NCBI GenBank assembly: GCA_038844785.1
Contig: JAWBRA010000010.1
Location: 1-59,216, forward strand
Direction: 5' to 3'
From: Candidatus Caldarchaeum sp.
GTDB lineage: Archaea > Thermoproteota > Nitrososphaeria_A > Caldarchaeales > Caldarchaeaceae
Length of the DNA: 59,216 nt
The position numbers and the translations under genes were made by a program. Positions 18,811 through 28,342 of the stretch are shown piece after piece. Numbering within the stretch: position 1 is the first letter of the stretch; every line of letters begins with the position of its first letter. The notes below the pieces were generated by a model. The model was not told the DNA's origin, did not search any database, and saw only the letters and a list, made by a program, of their open reading frames with translations.

Positions 18811-19734
18811 ATGGTTAAAGTTGTTTTGGACATGGACCCCGGCGTCGACGACGCCCTCGCCATAATGGTGGCTGTAAACTCCCACGAGCTTGAGGTTCTC
18901 GGCATAACAACCGTGAGCGGCAACGTCCACGTTGACAAAACCTCAGTCAACGCCTTGAGGGTTTTGGATGTGCTGGGCGTTAAAGACATCCCCGTTTACA
19001 GGGGTGCTGCGAAGCCCTTGGTCAAAAATCTGGAGACGGCTGAATGGGTTCACGGTGAGGATGGGCTCGGCGACGCAGGCCTTCCATCACCCAAACGGCA
19101 GCCCATCCCCGGCGCGGTCAAATTCTTGGTCGAGACTTTGATGGGTGAACATGGGGTTACGCTGGTAGCCGCAGGGCCTTTAACGAACGTCGCCCTCGCT
19201 TTTCTGCTCGAGCCAGAGCTTCCAAAGAAGTTGGAGAAGATGATAATCATGGGTGGGGCTTTCTCGCTGACGCCTTATGGCCACGGCAACGCCACACCGG
19301 TTTCCGAGTTCAACATCTACGTAGACCCTGAAGCTGCTAACATCGTCTTCCAGTCGGGCGTAAACCCGTTGTGCGTGGGGCTTGACGTCACGACAGACCC
19401 TGCAACCACTTTGAAGCCACAAGACCTCGAAAGACTACGCTCATCATCCTCACCAGCAGCCAAGACCGCCGCTGAAATCATGAAGAAATTCGTCGACAGG
19501 TTTGGTTTCATGCAGCTTCACGACCCGATGGCCGTCGCCGCAGCCATAGACCCAACACTCTTCAAAACAACCAGCGGACACATATACGTAGTATGCAACG
19601 AAGGGATAACGAGGGGCCAGACGGTCATCGAGAGAAGACCATGGGTTAAACAAGAACCAAACGCCCAGATATGCTACTGGGTGGATTCCCAACGATTCCT
19701 TAAATTATTCTTCGAGAGGCTCGAATCTGTTTAA
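18811..19734 (+). CDS. Nucleoside hydrolase (IU-NH family)
   Basis: DMDPGVDDA, HGEDGLG, GPLTN, EFNIYVDPEAA, LHDP. Confidence 0.93.
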   Translation: MVKVVLDMDPGVDDALAIMVAVNSHELEVLGITTVSGNVHVDKTSVNALRVLDVLGVKDIPVYRGAAKPLVKNLETAEWVHGEDGLGDAGLPSPKRQPIPGAVKFLVETLMGEHGVTLVAAGPLTNVALAFLLEPELPKKLEKMIIMGGAFSLTPYGHGNATPVSEFNIYVDPEAANIVFQSGVNPLCVGLDVTTDPATTLKPQDLERLRSSSSPAAKTAAEIMKKFVDRFGFMQLHDPMAVAAAIDPTLFKTTSGHIYVVCNEGITRGQTVIERRPWVKQEPNAQICYWVDSQRFLKLFFERLESV

Positions 19735-19810
19735 CGCCGGCAGGCCTCCTACGTCAGGTATAAGCTGGTTATCGCACAAATTAAATATGCGTACGGTCAG
19801 GTGAGGGTCT

Positions 19811-20455
19811 ATGAGAGGCCAGGAGTTTATCCAAGGATTGCGTGAGGAGCTTCGTGAGCTTAACAGACGTGTCGAGGAGCATCCCTTCCTCACCGAGGCA
19901 GAGAAAGGCATACTGCCTAAGGAGAGGCTGAAACTCTTCGTCGAAAACCAGTACTACATAGTTTACCATGATTTGAGGAGTTTAGCCCTCATGGTTACCA
20001 GAGCCTCAAACCCCGACGAAGCAGAGTATTTCTCAAAGCTCCAGCAGGGGGATTTGATGGCTTTCCAGCAGCTCGTCAAGCTTGGAGACGAGCTGGGAGT
20101 GCCTTTCAAAGGTCTCAGCGGGTTGAGAATACTGCCGGCGGCTGTCTCCTACACGCATTATCTGGCCTGGCTCGGGCTGTATGCTGGGGCCGCTGAGCAG
20201 GTAACCGCGTTGACCGTGAACCTTCCAGTCTGGGGCCGAGCGTGTGGAAGGCTTGCGTCCAGCCTGGTCAAAAACTACAACATAAAATCTACGGGCTTCT
20301 TAGATGCTTTCACCCATCCACCTGCTTGGGTAGAGGAGGAAGGGGTTAGAATTATCGAGAGATATTTACCCGATGCGGAGGAGCGGGCGCGTTCGGCTGC
20401 TAGAATGATTGAGAGCTACGAGCTCAGCTTCTGGGACGCCGTATACTCTGGGTGA
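19811..20455 (+). CDS. TenA/THI-4/PqqC-family protein lacking the LPC catalytic motif
   Basis: HPF, Q..Y, Y..YL, E..FWD; VNLPVW at the usual Cys position. Confidence 0.8.
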   Translation: MRGQEFIQGLREELRELNRRVEEHPFLTEAEKGILPKERLKLFVENQYYIVYHDLRSLALMVTRASNPDEAEYFSKLQQGDLMAFQQLVKLGDELGVPFKGLSGLRILPAAVSYTHYLAWLGLYAGAAEQVTALTVNLPVWGRACGRLASSLVKNYNIKSTGFLDAFTHPPAWVEEEGVRIIERYLPDAEERARSAARMIESYELSFWDAVYSG

Positions 20456-20462
20456 GAGAAGC

Positions 20463-21143
20463 ATGACCGCCTTCAGGGAGAGATTATGGCAGGGAGTGGC
20501 CGACATCTACAGCTCGATACTGGCACATCCCTTCATAACCGGGCTGACGGACGGAAGCCTCGACATAAAGGTTTTCAGGGAGTACGTCATTCAGGACGCG
20601 CTCTACCTGAGCAGGTTCTCGAGGGCCCTCGCTGTTTTGGGTGCAAAAGCCCCTGACGACGAGGCCTCCCTTACGCTGGTCTCCGCATCCCATGGTGCTC
20701 TGGCGGTTGAGCGCGCATCCCTCCACGAGTTCCTATTCAGAGAGTGGGGGATAAGCGTATCAGAGATTAAGGAGTATCAGATATCACCCATCACCAGGGC
20801 CTACACAGACTTTCTCACAGCCTGCGTGTACGATAAGCCGTTTCTAACAAGCCTCTCGGCGGTGCTGCCATGCTTCTGGATATACTTGGAGGTAGGGAAG
20901 GAGCTGCTGAAGAAGGGTTCGCCAGTTGAACTTTATAGACGCTGGATAAACACCTATTCCTCACCAGAGTATGAGCGGATGGTGAACGCCGTACTAGATC
21001 TCACCGACACTGTGGCTGTTGACGTAGCTGAACATCATTTGGAGGAGGCGAAACTATACTTCAGGCTTTCAACAATCTATGAATATCTGTTCTGGGACTA
21101 TGCCTACCGTGGGGTGGGCTGGCCTTTTAAGCCCACGCCATAA
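20463..21143 (+). CDS. tenA: Thiaminase II / aminopyrimidine aminohydrolase
   Basis: HPFI.GL.DGSL, YVIQDALYL, LPCFWIY, WINTY, EYLFWD. Confidence 0.9.
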   Translation: MTAFRERLWQGVADIYSSILAHPFITGLTDGSLDIKVFREYVIQDALYLSRFSRALAVLGAKAPDDEASLTLVSASHGALAVERASLHEFLFREWGISVSEIKEYQISPITRAYTDFLTACVYDKPFLTSLSAVLPCFWIYLEVGKELLKKGSPVELYRRWINTYSSPEYERMVNAVLDLTDTVAVDVAEHHLEEAKLYFRLSTIYEYLFWDYAYRGVGWPFKPTP

Positions 21144-21339
21144 GCACAGCAAGCAACATGACTGTCTTTAGCTGGTGACGTCTCCAGCCATAAACCAGAT
21201 ACTCTTAGCACCGCCGAAACCGGCTGAAGAAGGGGTAGACAATCGTGGAGAGTAAGCCACGTGATAAGACATTACCTTAGGCGGAGACATGTTTTACGAA
21301 AGGGTCTGAGTTTTTAACAAACGCTCGAGCAGGTGTTTG

Positions 21340-22053
21340 TCAGGTTTCGCCGCCCACGGCCAAGTATTTTCTAATCTGGTCAATCTCTTGACCCAGCCTG
21401 TCGGATGTTGTTTCCAAAACGATTTTTCCGTTAACCATAACTAGGAACCTTTCCGCTATCTGGCTCAAAATTTTATATCTTATTCCCTGCTCGACCAGCA
21501 AAACGCTGAGCCCGCTTTCCTTCATTCTGGTGATGATGCTGTAGATTCTGCTTGCGATTATCGGGCTGACCCCCTCTGTAGGCTCGTCAACCAAGAGGAC
21601 TGAAGGATTCATCAAAAAAGTGCGGAGGAGACCAACAATCTTTCTCTCTCCACCGCTTAATGAATCAGCCCGTCTGTCGAGAAGGCTCTTCACCTCAGGA
21701 TATACTTGATAGGCAAAATCGAGGTCTACGCTCTTTTTTCCAAAAGCAAGCCTGAAGTTATCAAGCACTGAAACACCGGGTATCAAGCCTGCGTAATCTG
21801 GCATGTATGCTATGCCCTTAGAAGCTATTGCATGCGTTGGAAGACTGGTTATGTCATGCCCGTTTAAGAAAACCTTCCCCCTCTTTGAAACACTTATGTT
21901 CATTATCGCTTTCAACAACGTGGTCTTGCCGACGCCGTTTCTTCCGATTAACGAGACAATCTCACCCTTTTTGACGCTGAAGTTTAAGCCGAATAAAATC
22001 TGAGCCTTTCCATAAAATGCGTCAAGGTTTACGACGTTCAAAACATCATTCAT
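21340..22053 (-). CDS. livF: Branched-chain amino acid-type ABC ATPase
   Basis: GRNGVGKTT, LSGGE, DEPTEG. Confidence 0.88.
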   Translation of the reverse strand: MNDVLNVVNLDAFYGKAQILFGLNFSVKKGEIVSLIGRNGVGKTTLLKAIMNISVSKRGKVFLNGHDITSLPTHAIASKGIAYMPDYAGLIPGVSVLDNFRLAFGKKSVDLDFAYQVYPEVKSLLDRRADSLSGGERKIVGLLRTFLMNPSVLLVDEPTEGVSPIIASRIYSIITRMKESGLSVLLVEQGIRYKILSQIAERFLVMVNGKIVLETTSDRLGQEIDQIRKYLAVGGET

Positions 22054-22748
22054 CCAAGATACACCTCCCTAACTTTCTCGTCTGCAGCTATTTTTTCAGG
22101 AGGGCCGTCGGCTATCACCTCCCCTTTATGCATGACAACCACACGTCGTGAAAACGTGAAAACGACATCCATGTCATGCTCCACAATAAGAACAGACATA
22201 TTGGCTGGAAGTCTTTGCAAAAGCGAGACTATTCGTTCTTTCTCTCCGACGTTCAGGCCAGCGGTAGGCTCGTCCAACAGCAGGATAGTGGGTTTAGACA
22301 AAATTGCCATCCCGAGCTCTAGGATTTTCATCAAACCATATGGAAGCTGGCCTGCTTTTACGTTCATGTACGGAGAAAGACCTAGCTCATCGACTATCTC
22401 GCGAAAATCTTGAGAGCCTTGCTTACTTCTGGATGAGGCAACAGTCAAATTCTCTTTAACGGTTAACGACCTGAACACGCTTGGGATTTGGAAGGTTCTG
22501 TTCAACCCCATTTTAACTCGTTCATGGGCGGGAGCTTTCGTTATGTCTCTTCCGTTTAGAAATACGCTGCCGCCGTCCGCAGCCAGTTGTCCTGAGACGA
22601 CGTTTATGTAAGTTGATTTTCCTGCACCGTTTGGACCTATCATGGCCGTTCTCTCTCCTTCCTCAAAGACTAAGGAAACTTTATTGACGGCGACGAACTC
22701 GCCGAACTTTTTCACAAGCCCTGATGTCTTCAGAACTTCCTTCCCCAT
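22050..22748 (-). CDS. livG: Branched-chain amino acid-type ABC ATPase
   Basis: GPNGAGKST, RTFQ, DEPTAG, EHDM, VYLG. Confidence 0.88.
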   Translation of the reverse strand: MGKEVLKTSGLVKKFGEFVAVNKVSLVFEEGERTAMIGPNGAGKSTYINVVSGQLAADGGSVFLNGRDITKAPAHERVKMGLNRTFQIPSVFRSLTVKENLTVASSRSKQGSQDFREIVDELGLSPYMNVKAGQLPYGLMKILELGMAILSKPTILLLDEPTAGLNVGEKERIVSLLQRLPANMSVLIVEHDMDVVFTFSRRVVVMHKGEVIADGPPEKIAADEKVREVYLG

Positions 22749-23674
22749 AGCCTCTCCACCAAATCTAAGACACCGCCTCGAGCGCCAAGCAGCAAGGCTA
22801 CTAGAACAACTCCCATGAACAGCTGCCAGTACTCCGCAACCCTAGCGGTTAAAGTGGTTATTATTACAAAGATGAAGGCCCCTACGGACGGTCCGAGAAA
22901 ATACTGAGCTCCGCCCAACAAGGTCATTATTAAGGGCTCTGCGGCAGTTGTCCAGTATGCGATGTCAGGTGTGACCGCTCGCAAGAGAAGCGCATAAAGC
23001 GAGCCCGCTAGACCGCTGAAAAAGCCTGAAACCATAAAACCTGAAAGCTTGTATCTGTAGACGCTCAAACCAGTGAACTTGAATCTGTCTTCGTTGTCCC
23101 CCAACGCTTTCAGCAACAACCCGAACCTTGATACATCGACCCAGTTTAGCAAAATCATGCTAGCCAAGAAGAAGACGAAAAGCAGTGGATAATAGTTTTC
23201 GATGCTGGATAGCGTGAATAAAAACGATGACCTAGGTATGCCTGAGATTCCATCGCTTCCTCCCGTAAAGTTACGCCATTTCAGTAAAAGCGAGTAGAAG
23301 AGCATCGCGAAGGCAAGGGTGAGCATGGCGAAATATATGCTGCTGTGACGCAAGGTTAAAGCGCCGACAGCAACGGCGAGAAGCGTTGCCAAAGCTATGC
23401 CGGACAAAATTCCTAACATCATGTCTGGAACTAGCTTTGTAGTCAGCAGCGCGACACCGTATGCGCCAGCCGCGTAGAAAAGAGAATGTCCGAAAGACAC
23501 GTGTTTGAGATAGCCGAAAACTATGTTGTATGAGGTGGCGAAAACGGAGAAAATCATGAAAAGCGATGCGAGATAGATTATAAACCTGTCACCCGTGAAG
23601 CCCACGATGCCCGTCACTGCTAAAATAAACAAGAGCGGGATATGTCTCCCTAACGTTCCCCGAATATCCCCCAT
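22730..23674 (-). CDS. livM: Branched-chain amino acid-type ABC permease
   Basis: SFGH, YFAMLTLAF, TGGSDG, LGG. Confidence 0.88.
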   Translation of the reverse strand: MGDIRGTLGRHIPLLFILAVTGIVGFTGDRFIIYLASLFMIFSVFATSYNIVFGYLKHVSFGHSLFYAAGAYGVALLTTKLVPDMMLGILSGIALATLLAVAVGALTLRHSSIYFAMLTLAFAMLFYSLLLKWRNFTGGSDGISGIPRSSFLFTLSSIENYYPLLFVFFLASMILLNWVDVSRFGLLLKALGDNEDRFKFTGLSVYRYKLSGFMVSGFFSGLAGSLYALLLRAVTPDIAYWTTAAEPLIMTLLGGAQYFLGPSVGAFIFVIITTLTARVAEYWQLFMGVVLVALLLGARGGVLDLVERLWGRKF

Positions 23675-24510
23675 GGTCTCACCAGCAGCACAGCAGTCAT
23701 GATAACGAATATCAAAAGGATGTCGACTTCGGGGATGTACAGCACGAGCAGGCTCTCCAACATACCTATCATCAACGAGCTTACAAACGCTCCAAACAAG
23801 TTTCCTAGGCCTGCGATGACCACTATTATGAATGCCGTTATTATCAGAGAGTCTCCAAGTCCCGGTGCCACGGGTGTGAAGGCCACCATGGTAGCACCTC
23901 CGAAACCAGCCAGCAGGCTTCCGATGAAAAACGTTGCGGTAAAGATTCTGCGAGTATTTATTCTAAGTGATTCGGCGACAAAGATATCCCGCCACGTGGC
24001 CCTAACCTTCAACCCCCAAAAAGTCTTCTCAATTAGATAATAGAGAAGGAAAAGCGAGGCTATCGACAGACCTATCACGAGGAAGTAAAACAATGGAAAA
24101 GGTCTTGTACCCACAGATACTATAGTTGACAACTCTTTCGGTAGAGGTATGGATCGCGATTCAGCGCCCCAGATAAACTTGCTCAAATCATTGATTATGA
24201 GCGTAAGCGCGAAAGTCATGAGAAGCTGGTAAATGCTCTCAATACGATATAAGGGCCTGAGCAGCGAAGTCTCGCTCAACACAGCCACGAGACTCACTAC
24301 TAACGCCGAGATAAGAACAGTGGCTATGAAATTATTTGTAAGCTCATAAACCGTTAACGCCACGTATCCGCCTAAGACGAAAAAAGTAGCGTGAGCGAAG
24401 TTAACGACACGTGTCACACCAAATATGAGGGTCAAGCCTGATGCGATTAACCAGTAGTATGATGCTCTAAATACACCTGTAAACAACTGGTAGAGTATTG
24501 TTTCTAACAT
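23650..24510 (-). CDS. livH: Branched-chain amino acid-type ABC permease
   Basis: GLTLIFG..VNFAH, GLGN, RP.GIFG. Confidence 0.88.
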   Translation of the reverse strand: MLETILYQLFTGVFRASYYWLIASGLTLIFGVTRVVNFAHATFFVLGGYVALTVYELTNNFIATVLISALVVSLVAVLSETSLLRPLYRIESIYQLLMTFALTLIINDLSKFIWGAESRSIPLPKELSTIVSVGTRPFPLFYFLVIGLSIASLFLLYYLIEKTFWGLKVRATWRDIFVAESLRINTRRIFTATFFIGSLLAGFGGATMVAFTPVAPGLGDSLIITAFIIVVIAGLGNLFGAFVSSLMIGMLESLLVLYIPEVDILLIFVIMTAVLLVRPWGIFGER

Positions 24511-24514
24511 TTGT

Positions 24515-24526
24515 AAAAAAAGGAGG
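24515..24526 (-). terminator. Intra-operon oligo-T terminator (CCTCCTTTTTTT) after the binding-protein gene
   Basis: Directly after the livK stop; the same motif follows dppA. Confidence 0.45.
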
Positions 24527-24527
24527 T

Positions 24528-25907
24528 TTAGGTGAAGGGTGGGTGTCTGAAGTATTCCCAGGCAGACCTTGTCACGAGGTTCGTTAGCTGCGGAATCTCG
24601 CCGCCGACATGCGTCACCTTGCCATACGGCACGTCATACAAGGCTTGATGGTCTTCAGGCCTTATCCATCTGACGCCAGCAGGCGACATGATAACACGGT
24701 CTTCGATCTGTTTAACCAAAGTGTCCAAGTCAAAGGTTCCTGCAGACTCCAAAGCTGCTTTTATGAGATAGATGGCTGTGTAAGTGGTTTCAGACGAATA
24801 TGGCGGATATTTGCCCCACCTTTTCCTGAACGCCTCCACAAACCTTCGGTTAATCTCTGTGGCTGGGTAGAACCATACATATCTTCCTGAAACCCATGTT
24901 CCATACTTCGCCGTTGGGTATTCTGCGCCAAGCTCGTATGCGACATCCATTGAGTAACCCATTGGGTTGATGACGGCCAGCAGCCTGTCATAGGCTCCCA
25001 AGCTCCTCAGCTGTTTATGCATTGTTGCGGCTTCTAGGGCCCAGTTTGCTGAGAAAACGCCTTCGGCGCCTGCAGCTAAAACGGCGGATATGAATGGGCT
25101 GAAATCGGTTGTTCCAGGACTTTTGTTAAACTGTTCTGATACAAACTCGACATCAGGCTTGAGCGATGAAAGCGTTTTCTTGAAAAAGTCCCATGAAACC
25201 CTGCCGTATTCATAGTCTGGGTTTATTCCAGCCCATTTCTTGATGGGAAGGTCTTTGGCAACATATGCGGCCAGTATTCCGTCATGATAGACCGGGACAG
25301 AAACTCTGAATATGCTTTTGATTTTCTGCCGGTAGACAAGTTCCTCAGTAAGCCTGTGTGTGGCCGCATGCGTTACTATCAGTATTTTGTTCAGCTCCTG
25401 CATTATGGGTCCTACCCGCATGGCGTTGCCGCTCGAGTCCACGCCTATAAGGAAATCGACTTTCTCAGCTTCCACAAGTTCTCTAGCTTGCTTGACAACG
25501 TCAGCAGCCTCATCCCTTATTGAGAGCTCGATTTTACTGCCTAAAATTCCGCCTGCGGCGTTAATCTCTTCGGCGGCCAGCCTCGCGCCCTGTTCGATAA
25601 ACGTTCCATATGTCGCCCAGGGCCCGCTCCTTATCCCTAGAACACCTATCTTAACAACGTCGCTGGGAAGCTTTCTGACGGGAGTCACCTCTTTGGTGAC
25701 CTCCCTGGTAACCGTTAACGTTGTCTCTCTGCCAGGCCCTGTGACGGTAACGGTTCTCTCGTCACTAGGAGCAGTAACCGTCTGCACCCTTTCTCTGACC
25801 TCAGGAGCTTTCAGAGACCAGCCGACACCAGCGCCGACAGCAAGGCCGACAACCCCAGCGGCAATAGCTGACAGAAAGCCCCGTCTAGACGGCTTGCTTT
25901 CCGTCAT
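24528..25907 (-). CDS. ABC substrate-binding protein (Liv/PBP1 type) with Tat signal and Thr/Val-rich linker
   Basis: SRRGFL plus a TM helix, TVTVT linker, EINAAGGILG, DYEYG. Confidence 0.88.
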   Translation of the reverse strand: MTESKPSRRGFLSAIAAGVVGLAVGAGVGWSLKAPEVRERVQTVTAPSDERTVTVTGPGRETTLTVTREVTKEVTPVRKLPSDVVKIGVLGIRSGPWATYGTFIEQGARLAAEEINAAGGILGSKIELSIRDEAADVVKQARELVEAEKVDFLIGVDSSGNAMRVGPIMQELNKILIVTHAATHRLTEELVYRQKIKSIFRVSVPVYHDGILAAYVAKDLPIKKWAGINPDYEYGRVSWDFFKKTLSSLKPDVEFVSEQFNKSPGTTDFSPFISAVLAAGAEGVFSANWALEAATMHKQLRSLGAYDRLLAVINPMGYSMDVAYELGAEYPTAKYGTWVSGRYVWFYPATEINRRFVEAFRKRWGKYPPYSSETTYTAIYLIKAALESAGTFDLDTLVKQIEDRVIMSPAGVRWIRPEDHQALYDVPYGKVTHVGGEIPQLTNLVTRSAWEYFRHPPFT

Positions 25908-25986
25908 GTTTATAGGCGTTCGACGCCGCTATTTATTTCTATTACCGCCAGTTCCGGTACAGCAATCTAGTCTCGTTGGCGAACGC

Positions 25987-26427
25987 TCATAAGTTGTTGA
26001 TCTTGATTGTTTGAAGCTTTAGTGCATGAAATGTTTTTTGAACTGCTTTGTCCATGCTCAGCCGGCTTGGAAAGAAGATTAGATGCGTTGTGCAGTGGCA
26101 GTCGCTTGAACCTATCTTCGACAGCGGTTTTCCCTCGGCGGCAAGCTTTGACGAGAGAATGCATTCAACACCAACTTTGTTTGTTACCGCGACTTGGATA
26201 GGTTTAGTCTCAGTCAGCGAGGTGATGTAGTCTATGTGCCAGCGTATCGGCTTATGCTTCTTGAGATGCCGTTCAACCCTCCGGATTAGATTTCTTCGCC
26301 CCGACCCGACGTAAACATAATATCCCTTCTCCAGATCCCTGTATCCAAGGGCTCCGATCTTCAGCCTCCTAGAGACTGGCAGATGGATTGCCAGCACGTA
26401 TGTTCCACGACTTACAGCTAATGACAA
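25987..26427 (-). CDS. GIY-YIG (DUF123/Uri-like) nuclease-family protein
   Basis: GTYVL, YYVYVGSG, R..RH, WHIDY, EC, GSSDC.C.THL. Start moved to TTG 26427, after the small upstream gene. Confidence 0.82.
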   Translation of the reverse strand: MSLAVSRGTYVLAIHLPVSRRLKIGALGYRDLEKGYYVYVGSGRRNLIRRVERHLKKHKPIRWHIDYITSLTETKPIQVAVTNKVGVECILSSKLAAEGKPLSKIGSSDCHCTTHLIFFPSRLSMDKAVQKTFHALKLQTIKINNL

Positions 26428-26431
26428 CTCC

Positions 26432-26608
26432 TTATGTTTTGAGGGCTTTCTTGAGTTTTTCCTTGACCGACGGGTCATAGTAAGAGCATCCACACTTAAC
26501 TGTCTTAGGCTTGATTTTCAACTCCTCCAACGCTTTCCTGATTTTTGCTGGCGTGGTTTTGAGCTGTTTGGCGAGCTGGGATGCGGTTACAAGCTCACTC
26601 TTAGGCAT
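26432..26608 (-). CDS. 58-aa Lys-rich HTH-like protein (not in the ORF track)
   Basis: MPKSELVTASQLAKQLKTTPAKIRKALEELKIKPKTVKCGCSYYDPSVKEKLKKALKT*. TATA-like CTTATAAG ~25 nt upstream; fills the gap between two genes. Confidence 0.8.
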   Translation of the reverse strand: MPKSELVTASQLAKQLKTTPAKIRKALEELKIKPKTVKCGCSYYDPSVKEKLKKALKT

Positions 26609-26646
26609 GGCTTTACTTCTTCACGGCAGGCTATAAGCGATTCTAT

Positions 26647-28239
26647 CTACTGTCCTTCAACTACGTTTGTCCTCGCCTGCTCCCTTAGGAACGTTAGCAG
26701 GTAGTGGGGGCCGCCGACACCTTTACCTGTTGCGCCGCTTGCCTTCCATCCGACAAACGTCTGGGCTCCCGGCCACGCGCCTGTGGTAGCTCCACCCCTC
26801 CTGTTTGCGTAAGTTACTCCGAACTGTATGTTGTTGAAAAAGTATTCAAGCTCTTTCCCGTCTTCGGAGAATATTCCAGCCGTCAGGCCGTATTCCGTGT
26901 TGTTGGCTTCCCTAACAGCCTCCTCAAGGGTTTCAAACTCTGAGACGACGAGAATTGGTAGGAACAGCTCTTGCTTGAAGAGGATGTGGTCGCGTGGAAG
27001 CCCGTCGATTATCGTAGGCTGAACGTAGTAGCCTTTGTCGTATTCGCCGCCGCTCAGCACCTCTCCTCCGTAAAGTATTTCTCCACCGTCTTTCTTAGCC
27101 GTTTCAACATATCTTTTGAAGTTCTCGACCGCTCTCTTGTTTATGACGGGGCCCATGAAAACCTCCCGCCGCCGCGGGTCGCCTATCTTCAAGGCACTCG
27201 TCTCTTTGACAAGCTCTTCTAGAAACCTGTTCTTTACCCCTTTCTGGACGTATAGCCTTGAGGTTGCTGAACATTTCTGGCCGTCGTATCCGAAGGCTGC
27301 CCTAATAACACCCAGCACAGCTTTCTTGATGTCGGCCTTATCCGTAACTATCGTCGGGTTTTTGCTCCCCATCTCTAGAACTATCGGCTTTGGATATGGT
27401 TGCGAAGAGGTGAACCTCCTGTAAAGACGCATTCCAACATCTTTGGAACCTGTGAAAGCGATGCCAGCTATGTCAGGGTTTGTGGTTATCTCTTCTTCAA
27501 AGACGTCGCCAGGCCCTGTCACATAGTTGACAGCCCCCGCGGGAACCCCTGCGTCTCTGAAGATTTTGTAGAGGAGAAGGCCTGAGAGAGGTGCTTCGCT
27601 GGTTGGTTTGAAGACGACGGTGTTGCCTGTTATCAAGGCTCCCAGCATCATTCCGTTGGCGAGCATGAAAGGAAAGTTGAAAGGAGATATGACAGCCCAA
27701 ACGCCGTAAGGCCTGGCCACCATCTTGCAGCTTTCGCCGGGCCCGCCTGGCCCCATCTCCCTCTCATAGCCGTTGTTCTCCTCCATTATTCGAGCATAGT
27801 ATTTGAGGGCGTCGATGGCCTCCCAGCACTCAGCCAACGCCTCAAGCCTGTTCTTGCCAGCCTCGTAGGTTATAACGGCAGCTATCTCAAACTTCCTCTC
27901 ATCAATCAGCTCAGCCGCGCTCCTCACAATCCTCACCCTTTCACGCCAGTCTGTGCTCGACCATTCCCCGAACTTGTTCTTCGCCGTTTCGATGGCTTGA
28001 CGCAGATGTTTCGCGTTCCCCCTCTGGAAGTATCCAACGACTATAGACGTGTCTATCGGGCTTCTCTTCTCAAACTCCCCGTCCTCGGACAGTATTTCCC
28101 TGTCCCCAACGTACATGGGATAACGTTTTCCAAGATACTTTTTTTCCACTGTTTCTAACGCTTTCTCGTATGCTGGATGCACGGTTTCGTCGGCGAAGAG
28201 AGATACGTAGGTTATCTTCTGCCCCGGTTTAGCTGACAT
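26647..28239 (-). CDS. Aldehyde dehydrogenase, 1-pyrroline-5-carboxylate dehydrogenase-like
   Basis: SPFNFP, FTGSK.VG, LEMGSKN, GQKCSATSR, ELFLP, YGLTAG. Confidence 0.88.
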   Translation of the reverse strand: MSAKPGQKITYVSLFADETVHPAYEKALETVEKKYLGKRYPMYVGDREILSEDGEFEKRSPIDTSIVVGYFQRGNAKHLRQAIETAKNKFGEWSSTDWRERVRIVRSAAELIDERKFEIAAVITYEAGKNRLEALAECWEAIDALKYYARIMEENNGYEREMGPGGPGESCKMVARPYGVWAVISPFNFPFMLANGMMLGALITGNTVVFKPTSEAPLSGLLLYKIFRDAGVPAGAVNYVTGPGDVFEEEITTNPDIAGIAFTGSKDVGMRLYRRFTSSQPYPKPIVLEMGSKNPTIVTDKADIKKAVLGVIRAAFGYDGQKCSATSRLYVQKGVKNRFLEELVKETSALKIGDPRRREVFMGPVINKRAVENFKRYVETAKKDGGEILYGGEVLSGGEYDKGYYVQPTIIDGLPRDHILFKQELFLPILVVSEFETLEEAVREANNTEYGLTAGIFSEDGKELEYFFNNIQFGVTYANRRGGATTGAWPGAQTFVGWKASGATGKGVGGPHYLLTFLREQARTNVVEGQ

Positions 28240-28265
28240 TCTCTCTCACAACGTTTTCCAACACC

Positions 28266-28281
28266 CTCTAAATATGTTTTT
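28266..28281 (-). promoter_or_regulatory. BRE-TATA promoter (AAAAACATATTTAGAG) of the ALDH gene
   Basis: ~27 nt upstream of ATG; an identical 16-mer precedes nurA. Confidence 0.6.
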
Positions 28282-28342
28282 TCGACAGTCACGTGCCGAC
28301 GGCAGGCGCTATGTTTTTACGCTTGCATACACACGTTAAAAC

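Noticed and set aside
19740-19810. TPP riboswitch or thiamine-regulator site upstream of the tenA genes
   Set aside because: No TPP aptamer core, and only a weak palindrome (TATAAGC-T-GGTTATC).
25916-25928. GGCGT-TCG-ACGCC palindrome before livK
   Set aside because: 5-bp arms are within chance expectation.
26428-26493. N-terminal extension of the GIY-YIG ORF in the track
   Set aside because: It overlaps the better-supported 58-aa gene; homology starts at GTYVL.
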